A DNA stretch of 64,000 nucleotides from an uncultured Bacteroidota bacterium (GTDB lineage Bacteria; Bacteroidota; Bacteroidia; Bacteroidales; P3): NCBI GenBank assembly GCA_902762805.1, contig CACWPQ010000006.1, positions 64,695 to 128,694 on the forward strand, written 5' to 3'. Numbering within the stretch: position 1 is the first letter of the stretch; each line of letters begins with the position of its first letter. Positions 18,606 through 25,727 of the stretch are shown here, piece by piece. The notes under the pieces were generated by a model, which saw only the letters and a program-made list of their open reading frames with translations, had not been told where the DNA came from and searched no databases. The position numbers and the translations under genes are program-made.

Positions 18606-20050
18606 AGCATGGTCTCCTTCAGAACGGTTTCGAGACGGGGCACGAGGCGGTCGATGTCGCCGGCGCCGAGGGTGAGCACTACATCGGGGCAGAGGGCTGG
18701 GACGAGCTCGAGGGCCTGGTCGGGGGTGCAGAGGTACTTGGACATGGTGTCCATCTTGCGGAGCACCATGGAGGAGGTGACGCCGAGGATGGGTTTTTCG
18801 CGGGCGGGATAGATGGGGAGCATGATGACCTCGTCGAGGGTCTGGAGGACGCGGGCGAAGTCGTCGGCCAGGTCGCGGGTGCGGCTGTAGAGGTGGGGCT
18901 GGAAGATGCCGACGAGGCGCTTGCCGGGGTAGAGGTAGCGGACAGACTCGATGGTGGACTGCAGTTCCTGCGGATGGTGGGCATAGTCGTCGATGTAGAC
19001 GAGGTCCTTCTCGCGGATGCGGTAGTCGAAGCGTCGCTGGACGCCCTGGAAGGTCTTCAGCCCGTGGCGGAGCTGGTACTGGTCGAGGCCGCAGGCGAGG
19101 GCGATGGCGGCGGCGGCGACGGCGTTTTCGACGTTGAAGAGGGCGGTGCCCTGCAGCTCGAGGTCGTAGAGCACGCCGTCGGGGGTGCGGAGGTCGAAGA
19201 AGAGGTTGCCGCTATAGGTGCGTACGTTGATGGCGTAGTAGTCGGCTTCGACGCCGCGGGCGGTGTAGGTGGTCAGTGGCCAGTGGTCAGTGGTCAGTGG
19301 CCGGTGGTCAGTGGTCAGTGGCTGGTGGTCGTGGTCGTGGTGGTGGTGGTGGTCGTGGTGGTGGTGCCCGTGGGGGAGGAGGGATTCGCCGTCGGCGGTG
19401 ATAAAGGTGCCGTCCTTGATGAGGAGGCGTCCGGAGGGGTCGACCTGGGAGGCGAACTGGAGATAGGCTTCGAGCATGTGGCGGTGGTCGCCGTAGATGT
19501 CGAGGTGGTCAGGGTCGGTGGCGGTGACGACGGCCATGTGGGGATGGAGCTGGAGGAAGGAGCGGTCGTATTCATCGGCCTCGACAACGATGAGGTCGCT
19601 CTGGGGGTCGACGTGGAGGTTGGACTGGAAGTTCTTGCTTATGCCGCCGAGAAAGGCGTTGCACCCGCAGGAGGCCTTGCTGAGCAGGTGGGCGATCATG
19701 GCGGATGTGGAGGTCTTGCCGTGGGAGCCGGCGACGGCGATGCAACGTTTGCCGCGGGTAAGCTCGCCGAGCACCTGGGAGCGCTTCTCCATTTTCACGC
19801 CGCGAGCCAGCAGGGCTTGGAACTCAAGGGTATCGGTGGGGACGGCGGGGGTGTAGACGACGAGGTCGATATCGGCGGGCAGGCGGTCGGGGTTGTCGTC
19901 GAAATGGATGTCGATGCCTTCGGCCTGCAGCCGGTCGGTCAGGGGCGAGGGTGTGCGGTCGTAGCCGCAGACGGTGTCGCCACGCTGATGGAAGAAGCGC
20001 GCGAGGGCGCTCATGCCGATGCCTCCTATGCCAAGGAAGTAGTAGTTCAT
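18602..20050 (-). CDS. murC: UDP-N-acetylmuramate--L-alanine ligase, with ~37-aa repeat-encoded His-rich insertion
   Basis: MNYYFLGIGGIGMSALARFF and VAGSHGKTSTSAMIAHLL (the Mur ligase P-loop). Insertion HGHHHHDHHHHHDHDHQPLTTDHRPLTTDHWPLTT. Confidence 0.95.
   Translation of the reverse strand: MNYYFLGIGGIGMSALARFFHQRGDTVCGYDRTPSPLTDRLQAEGIDIHFDDNPDRLPADIDLVVYTPAVPTDTLEFQALLARGVKMEKRSQVLGELTRGKRCIAVAGSHGKTSTSAMIAHLLSKASCGCNAFLGGISKNFQSNLHVDPQSDLIVVEADEYDRSFLQLHPHMAVVTATDPDHLDIYGDHRHMLEAYLQFASQVDPSGRLLIKDGTFITADGESLLPHGHHHHDHHHHHDHDHQPLTTDHRPLTTDHWPLTTYTARGVEADYYAINVRTYSGNLFFDLRTPDGVLYDLELQGTALFNVENAVAAAAIALACGLDQYQLRHGLKTFQGVQRRFDYRIREKDLVYIDDYAHHPQELQSTIESVRYLYPGKRLVGIFQPHLYSRTRDLADDFARVLQTLDEVIMLPIYPAREKPILGVTSSMVLRKMDTMSKYLCTPDQALELVPALCPDVVLTLGAGDIDRLVPRLETVLKETML
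19265..19366 (-). repeat. Heptanucleotide repeat (CACTGAC)x9 followed by (CAC/GAC)n trinucleotide tract inside murC
   Basis: Coding strand: caccagc cactgac cactgac caccggc cactgac cactgac cactggc cactgac cacctac. This tract is preceded by cac/gac codons encoding HGHHHHDHHHHHDHDH. Confidence 0.9.
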
Positions 20051-21153
20051 TTTGCAATCTTTTCTATTTGGTCAACGATTTTGTCGGCGGCGCCGCGGAC
20101 AGCCAAGGTCTGTATGGCCTGGCGCATGGCCTGCATGCGTGGCTGGTCCTTGAGGAGTTCGTCCGCCAGGGGGAGCGCTTTGGCGCTGCATTCGGCGTCG
20201 GGCACCATGAGTGCGGCGCCTTTGTCGACCAGCGCGAGGGCGTTTTTGGTCTGATGGTCTTCGGCGACGTTGGGCGAGGGGATGAGGACGACGGGCTTGC
20301 CGACGAGGCAGAGCTCGCTGATGGCGATGGCACCGGCGCGGGAGACGACGAGGTCGGCGGCGGCGTAGGCGAGGTCCATGCGCTGGATGAACTGGTGGAC
20401 TTTGACGGGGCAGGTGTCGGGGTGGCGGCGGATGGCGGCCTGGGCCTCGTCGAAGCCCCAGCGGCCGGTCTGCCAGATGTACTGCACCTGGGCGGAGGCG
20501 AGCGAGGGGAGTGCGGCGAGCATCATCTGGTTGATGCTGCGAGCGCCGAGGCTGCCGCCGACGACGAGGACGGTGGGCATGGAGGGGGAGAGGGCGAAGT
20601 GGGCGAGGCCCTCCTCGCGCGTGCAGGTCATCTGCTCGATATCGGCGCGGACGGGGTTGCCGGTGAAGACGATTTTGTCGGCGGGGAAGAAGCGCTGCAT
20701 GCCGTCGTAGGCGACGCAGATGGTGCGAGCGCTGCGGGAGAGGAGCTTGTTGGTGAGGCCGGCGTAGGAGTTTTGCTCTTGGAGGAGGGTGGGATAGCCG
20801 AGCGAGGCGGCGGCTTTGAGGGTGGGTTCGGAGGCGAAGCCGCCGACGCCGACGACGACGTCGGGGCGGAAGTCGGCGAGGATGCGTTTGACTTTGGCGC
20901 GGCTGCGGATCATCTTCAGGGGGAGCTGGAGGTTCTTCCAGATGTTGGCGGGGGTGAGCTTGCGCTGCAGGCCGGCGATGGGGAGGCCCTCAATGGGATA
21001 GCCTGCGGCCGGCACCTTCTCCATCTCCATCTTGCCTTCGGCGCCGACGAAGAGGATGTCGGCGTCGGCATGGCGAGCCCGGATGGCGTTGGCGATTGCG
21101 ATGGCGGGGAAGATGTGTCCGCCGCTGCCTCCTCCGCTGATGATGACTTTCAT
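20047..21153 (-). CDS. murG: Undecaprenyldiphospho-muramoylpentapeptide beta-N-acetylglucosaminyltransferase
   Basis: MKVIISGGGSGGHIFPAIAIANA, the GT28 N- and C-terminal patterns, and dcw position. Confidence 0.95.
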   Translation of the reverse strand: MKVIISGGGSGGHIFPAIAIANAIRARHADADILFVGAEGKMEMEKVPAAGYPIEGLPIAGLQRKLTPANIWKNLQLPLKMIRSRAKVKRILADFRPDVVVGVGGFASEPTLKAAASLGYPTLLQEQNSYAGLTNKLLSRSARTICVAYDGMQRFFPADKIVFTGNPVRADIEQMTCTREEGLAHFALSPSMPTVLVVGGSLGARSINQMMLAALPSLASAQVQYIWQTGRWGFDEAQAAIRRHPDTCPVKVHQFIQRMDLAYAAADLVVSRAGAIAISELCLVGKPVVLIPSPNVAEDHQTKNALALVDKGAALMVPDAECSAKALPLADELLKDQPRMQAMRQAIQTLAVRGAADKIVDQIEKIAK

Positions 21154-21166
21154 GATGATGTTGTGT

Positions 21167-21197
21167 TAATTTAAACTAATTTTTAACTATTTTTAAG
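21167..21197 (-). repeat. A/T-rich ~10.5-bp tandem repeat x3 forming the murG 5' leader
   Basis: taatttaaac taatttttaac tatttttaag (plus strand), starting 13 nt upstream of the murG ATG. Confidence 0.5.
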
Positions 21198-21214
21198 TGT
21201 ATCTTCTGGGTTTT

Positions 21215-21297
21215 GGTAGGGGAATGGTAGGGGTTCTGTAGGGGAATACAAAGGCAATGTTACATTATTACCCATTATTACCCAAGGCTGGTTACTT
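21215..21297 (+). repeat. REP/MITE-like element, variant copy inside the dcw cluster (between ftsW and murG)
   Basis: ggtaggggaatggtaggggttctgtaggggaatacaaaggcaatgttacattattacccattattacccaaggctggttac. Confidence 0.6.
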
Positions 21298-21299
21298 TA

Positions 21300-22505
21300 T
21301 CATTCTTCGGGTGGTTTTTGGGGTTCGACTTGTGGTTCGGGGGAGGGTGCGGGAAGGGGTTCTGTTTCGGAGTTGGTGTCGGCGGCGATGGACTGGATGA
21401 TGCCGAAGCCGCAGCCGAGGAAGAGGTAGGCGGTGCCGCCGTAGGAGATGAAGGGGAGGGTCTGTCCGGTGACGGGGAGGACGCCGACGGCGACGGACAT
21501 GTTGACCAGCGCCTGTATGTATATCATAGTGCCCAGACCGGCCACGGTCAGTGCGCCGAAGCGTCCGCGGCAGCGTCGTGCCAGTCGCACACAGCGGAAG
21601 TAGAAGAAGCTGTAGAGCAGGAATACGCCGACTCCCCCCACGAGGCCGAACTCCTCGAGGATGATGGCGTAGATGAAGTCGTTGTGGGCCTGGGTCATGA
21701 GGCGAGCGTGGATGGTGTTGCCCGGGCCTTTGCCGAGGAGGCCGCCGCGTGCGATGGCCATGCGTGCCATGTTCTCTTGGGTGAGTTCGTCGGGGTTGGG
21801 GTTGATCCAGGAGTGGACACGGTGGCCCCATGTCTCGGCGCGCTCGAGCACCTGGGCTGTCTGGGGCTGGTTGTCGGCGTAGAGGGAGCGGTCGTAGCGG
21901 TAGTAGGTGATGGCCAATCCTGCCACGACGGCGACGAGGCCGACCAGGAAGAGGCGCCACCACCAGCGGCGGTTGACGCCGCCGAAGAGCATCATCAGGA
22001 AGCAGGAGAGGAAGATGAGTGCGGCGGTGGAGAAGTTCTGCGGGAGCACCAGCACTACGACGACACCGATGTAGATGAGCAATTGGAGGAAGGTGCCGAG
22101 GTCGCCCATTTGGTCCTTTTTGAAGGTCATCATGCGTGCGATGAAGAGGACCAGGAACAGCTTGGCCACCTCGGAGGGTTGGAACTGTCCGATGCCTGGC
22201 ACGCGGAACCAGCGGCTGCCCAGGGCGAGCATCACAATGAGAATCACCGCCGAGGCCCAATAGCCCAGCAGGGCGAAGCGGGAGAAGTAGCGGTAGTCGA
22301 CGCGCGAAAGGAAAACCGCCGCCACCCAGGTGGCAGCCACGATGGCCATGTGGCGCAGGAAGAGCGACGAGGGGGTCTTGCTGGCATACTCGGTGTAGGC
22401 ATAGAGTCCGATGGAGCTGTAGACCTCGACCAGCGAGACGATGGTCAGCAGCAGAAAGAGGACCCAAAGGGTACGGTCGCCACGGAATATGTTGGTCAGT
22501 TTCAT
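21300..22505 (-). CDS. ftsW: SEDS-family peptidoglycan glycosyltransferase FtsW
   Basis: Multi-TM protein with FtsW/RodA/SpoVE motifs (HNDFIYAIILEEFG, PVTGQTLPFISYGGT) in the dcw position. Confidence 0.93.
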   Translation of the reverse strand: MKLTNIFRGDRTLWVLFLLLTIVSLVEVYSSIGLYAYTEYASKTPSSLFLRHMAIVAATWVAAVFLSRVDYRYFSRFALLGYWASAVILIVMLALGSRWFRVPGIGQFQPSEVAKLFLVLFIARMMTFKKDQMGDLGTFLQLLIYIGVVVVLVLPQNFSTAALIFLSCFLMMLFGGVNRRWWWRLFLVGLVAVVAGLAITYYRYDRSLYADNQPQTAQVLERAETWGHRVHSWINPNPDELTQENMARMAIARGGLLGKGPGNTIHARLMTQAHNDFIYAIILEEFGLVGGVGVFLLYSFFYFRCVRLARRCRGRFGALTVAGLGTMIYIQALVNMSVAVGVLPVTGQTLPFISYGGTAYLFLGCGFGIIQSIAADTNSETEPLPAPSPEPQVEPQKPPEE

Positions 22506-22508
22506 AGG

Positions 22509-23048
22509 TTATAACTCATTGACTTCGCGACAGAAGCTGGCGGCGCGGTCGGAGGCGGACTGCTCGGAGGGGCAGGCTGGGGAGTAGAGGACGCGCACGT
22601 CGTCGGCCTCGTAGCGGTAGGCGTGGTGGAGCGCCTCGTGCATGGTGTCGCAGGGGATGATGTTGGGCACGACGCCGTCGAAAGCCTGATGCATGCAGGG
22701 GCTGTCGCCGCCCACGATAAGCAGCATGCGAACCTTGCGCAGGGCGGTGGGCACGAGGCGGCTGTAGTCGACCTCGTCCTTGGGTGCATCGGCAATCCAG
22801 ATGATGCCGCCCTGGGTGCTTTCGAGGGCGTACCAGGTGGCGTTGACCGAACGGGAGGCGGCGTCGCAGATGTATTCGCGGCCGAGGATGCGTGCCACGA
22901 ACTCGAGGCGGTGGCGCGTGTCCTCGAGGCGGCTGAAGCATGCGCGGAGGGAGGCGTTGCGGATCACCTTGAGGCGGTGGGCGTCGATGCCGGAGAGGCC
23001 GGTGTGTATTCTTTCGCGGCCTTGGGTGGCCAGGGTTTCGATTGTCAT
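22509..23048 (-). CDS. MurD C-terminal-domain-only homolog (179 aa), occupying the murD slot; possibly a remnant
   Basis: HRLEFVARILGREYICDAASRSVNATWYALEST...LLIVGGDS...VRVLYSPACPSEQSASDRAASFCREV aligns to domain 3 of MurD (HR.E.V...NDSKATN...LLSPACAS.D.F). The N-terminal Rossmann domain and central GTNGKT ATPase domain are absent, and no other frame encodes them. Confidence 0.75.
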   Translation of the reverse strand: MTIETLATQGRERIHTGLSGIDAHRLKVIRNASLRACFSRLEDTRHRLEFVARILGREYICDAASRSVNATWYALESTQGGIIWIADAPKDEVDYSRLVPTALRKVRMLLIVGGDSPCMHQAFDGVVPNIIPCDTMHEALHHAYRYEADDVRVLYSPACPSEQSASDRAASFCREVNEL

Positions 23049-23087
23049 GTTGATGGGTTGATATGTTGACAGGTTGATATGGGGTGG
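23049..23087 (-). repeat. Octanucleotide tandem repeat (ATATCAAC-like x4) forming the entire mraY-murD' spacer
   Basis: Coding strand: ccacccc atatcaac ctgtcaac atatcaac ccatcaac ATG. Confidence 0.8.
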
Positions 23088-24266
23088 CTAACGGAGTTTG
23101 AGTGTGGAGAGGGTGAAGATGGCCAGGAGGATGGCGATGATGATGAAGCGCATGACGACCTTCTCCTCGGCCACGCCCTTCTTCTGGTAGTGGTGGTGGA
23201 GGGGTGTCATGCGGAAGGGGCGCTTCTCCACCGGCACCACCTGGTCTGGCGGCAGGTTGTGGCGGCGTCGGTAGGCCTTGCAGAAGGAGGTCTGGATGAT
23301 GACCGAGAGGTTCTCCACCACATAGATGCCACACAGCACCGGCAGGAGGAGTTCCTTCTTGATGAGCACGGCGAAGACGGCGATGATGCTGCCGATGGCC
23401 AGCGAGCCGGTGTCGCCCATGAAAATCTCGGCCGGATGGGAGTTGAACCAGAGGAAGCCGAGGGTGGCGCCGACGAAGGCGGTGCTGAAGATGGCCAGCT
23501 CGCCGATGTTGGGGAGGTAGACGGTGTTGAGGTAGGAGGCCATGACGACGTTGCCCGACACCCACGCCAGCAGGGCCAGGGCGCCCCCGTTGACGGCGGC
23601 CACGCCGGTGGCGATGCCGTCGATGCCGTCGGTGAGGTTCGAGGCGTTGCTCACGGCGGTGACAATCAGGATGATGACCAGCACGTAGACCACCCATACG
23701 AGCTCCTGCGCCCAGGGGCCCATCCAGGTGACGAGCCAGGCATAGTCGAACTCGTTGTTCTTGACGAAGGGGATGGTGGTGGTGGTGGTGCCGCTGAAGC
23801 CTGGGTGGTGGATGATGAGCAGGCCGACCACGAGGCCGAGGAGCACCTGGGCCAGCACCTTGTACTTGCCGGGCAGGCCGGCCTTGCCGCGGGTTTTCTT
23901 CAGGTAGTCGTCGAGGAAACCGACGAGGCCCATCCAGACGGTGGTGCCGAGCATGACCTGGACATAGACATTGTCCAGCTTGGCGAAGAGGAGCGTGGGG
24001 ACGATGATGGCGAAGAGGATGAGGAGGCCGCCCATGGTGGGGGTCTGCGACTTGAGGGCGGCGCCCTCGAGGCCGAGCTCGGTGCGCACCTCGTCCATCA
24101 TGCCCAGCCGGTTCTTCATGAAGCGTATGAACGGCTTGCCGAGCAGCAGCATGATGAGCAGCGAGGTGACCATGCTGGCCGCCGCACGGAACGAGATGTA
24201 TTGGAACACACCCGCCCCGGGGAAGTCGAACGCCTTGTCTAGCCAGTCGAAGAGATAATATAACAT
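23088..24266 (-). CDS. mraY: Phospho-N-acetylmuramoyl-pentapeptide-transferase
   Basis: MLYYLFDWLDKAFDFPGAGVFQYISFRAA, NLTDGIDGIA, HHHYQ motifs. Confidence 0.96.
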   Translation of the reverse strand: MLYYLFDWLDKAFDFPGAGVFQYISFRAAASMVTSLLIMLLLGKPFIRFMKNRLGMMDEVRTELGLEGAALKSQTPTMGGLLILFAIIVPTLLFAKLDNVYVQVMLGTTVWMGLVGFLDDYLKKTRGKAGLPGKYKVLAQVLLGLVVGLLIIHHPGFSGTTTTTIPFVKNNEFDYAWLVTWMGPWAQELVWVVYVLVIILIVTAVSNASNLTDGIDGIATGVAAVNGGALALLAWVSGNVVMASYLNTVYLPNIGELAIFSTAFVGATLGFLWFNSHPAEIFMGDTGSLAIGSIIAVFAVLIKKELLLPVLCGIYVVENLSVIIQTSFCKAYRRRHNLPPDQVVPVEKRPFRMTPLHHHYQKKGVAEEKVVMRFIIIAILLAIFTLSTLKLR

Positions 24267-24294
24267 AATTCCTAATTTCTAATTCCTAATTGAC
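24267..24294 (-). repeat. Heptanucleotide repeat (AATTAGG/AATTAGA x4) spanning the murE stop and the mraY start
   Basis: Coding strand: tc aattagg aattaga aattagg aattATG. The murE TAG stop and the mraY ATG both sit inside repeat units. Confidence 0.8.
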
Positions 24295-25720
24295 TTTCGA
24301 GTTCTTCCACATCGTCGAAGTGCGAGCGGACGCCGTTGACCTCCTGGTACTTCTCGTGCCCCTTGCCGGCCACGAGGACGATGTCGCCCTCGCGGGCCAT
24401 GAGGCAGGCGGTGCGGATGGCCTGTCGGCGGTCGGTGATGCGGACGGTGTGGCTGAGCTGCTCGGCGGAGAGGCCGGCTTCCATGTCGTCGAGGATGGCG
24501 TCGGGCTGCTCGGTGCGGGGGTTGTCGCTGGTGAGCACCAGCTTGTCGCTCAGGCGCATGGCAATCTGCGCCATCTCGGGGCGCTTGGTGCGGTCGCGGT
24601 CGCCGCCGCAGCCGACGACGGTGATGATTTGCTGCTGCGCGCGGCGCAGGTCGCGGATGGTGTCGAGCACGTTCTGGAGGGCGTCGGGCGTGTGGGCATA
24701 GTCGACGATGGCGGTCACGCCGCGACCGCTGACGTACTGGAAGCGGCCCGGGGCGGGCTCGAGGAGCGACAGCTGCCGCAGCACCTCCTCCTTGGGCACC
24801 CCGCAAAGCAGGGCGGCGGAGTAGATGGCCAGCAGGTTGTAGGCGTTGAAACGGCCCACGAGGCGGCACCAGAGTTCGCTGCCGTCGAGGTCGAGCAGCA
24901 TGCCCTCGAAGCCTTCCTCGACAATGCGGCAACGATGGTCGGCCATCTGGCGCAGGGAGTAGGTGTGGACGGCGGCGCGTGTGTTCTGCACCATGACGCG
25001 GCCGTTCTTGTCGTCGATGTTGACCAGCGCCCATGCCGTGGCCGGCAGGGCGTCGAAGAAGCCCTTCTTGGCGGCGATGTAGGCCTGCATGGTGCGGTGG
25101 AAGTCGAGGTGGTCGTGGGTGATGTTGCTGAAGATGGCGCCGGCGAATTCGAGCCCCGCGATGCGGCGCTGCACGACGGCGTGGCTGCTGACCTCCATGA
25201 AGCAGCAGTCGCATCCGGCCTCCACCATGCGGGCGAGGAGCTGGTTGAGTTCCAGGGCGTCGGGGGTGGTGTGTCCGGTGGGGAGCTCTTGGTCGTCGAT
25301 TTTGTTGACGATGGTGGAGATGAGGCCGGCGTGGCGGCCCAAATGGCGGAAGAGGCGGTGCAGCAGGGTGACGGTGGTGGTCTTGCCGTTGGTGCCAGTG
25401 ATGCCGACCAGCTGCAGGCGTCGCGAGGGGTGGCCGTAGAAGTTGGCGGCGGCGAGGCCGAGGGCTTCGCTGCTGTCGGGCACCACGACATAGGTACACG
25501 TCGGCGCGTCGGCAGGCACATGCTGGCAGACGACGGCCACGGCGCCGGCCTGGACGGCGGCGGCGATATAGTCGTGCCCGTCTACCTTGGTGCCCGGCTG
25601 GGCCACGAAGAGGGTTCCCTCCCCCACCCTGCGCGAGTCGAACTGGAGGTCCTTCACCTCCACGTCGACCGGGCCTTGCAGCTGCGCGTCTATGCCTTGT
25701 ATGATTTGTTTCAGTTTCAT
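24272..25720 (-). CDS. murE: UDP-N-acetylmuramoyl-L-alanyl-D-glutamate--2,6-diaminopimelate ligase
   Basis: VGITGTNGKTTTVTLL P-loop and the DNPR motif (LTSDNPRTE) typical of meso-DAP-adding MurE. Confidence 0.95.
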   Translation of the reverse strand: MKLKQIIQGIDAQLQGPVDVEVKDLQFDSRRVGEGTLFVAQPGTKVDGHDYIAAAVQAGAVAVVCQHVPADAPTCTYVVVPDSSEALGLAAANFYGHPSRRLQLVGITGTNGKTTTVTLLHRLFRHLGRHAGLISTIVNKIDDQELPTGHTTPDALELNQLLARMVEAGCDCCFMEVSSHAVVQRRIAGLEFAGAIFSNITHDHLDFHRTMQAYIAAKKGFFDALPATAWALVNIDDKNGRVMVQNTRAAVHTYSLRQMADHRCRIVEEGFEGMLLDLDGSELWCRLVGRFNAYNLLAIYSAALLCGVPKEEVLRQLSLLEPAPGRFQYVSGRGVTAIVDYAHTPDALQNVLDTIRDLRRAQQQIITVVGCGGDRDRTKRPEMAQIAMRLSDKLVLTSDNPRTEQPDAILDDMEAGLSAEQLSHTVRITDRRQAIRTACLMAREGDIVLVAGKGHEKYQEVNGVRSHFDDVEELESQLGIRN

Positions 25721-25727
25721 TGCGTTT

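Noticed and set aside
19265-19327. Classical phase-variable contingency locus (frameshift switch by unit gain or loss)
   Set aside because: The tracts lie in essential single-copy housekeeping genes (murC, rsmE, prmC), where an OFF state would be lethal or strongly deleterious. The units are also interrupted by substitutions that should damp slippage. Phase variation remains conceivable only for the secreted-protein genes (fucosidase, CotH).
19331-19366. His-rich tract in murC as a cloning or His-tag artefact
   Set aside because: It is internal to the gene, interrupted by Asp and Gly (HGHHHHDHHHHHDHDH), and contiguous with the native-looking heptamer array. No vector-like sequence flanks it. 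This cannot be fully excluded without reads.
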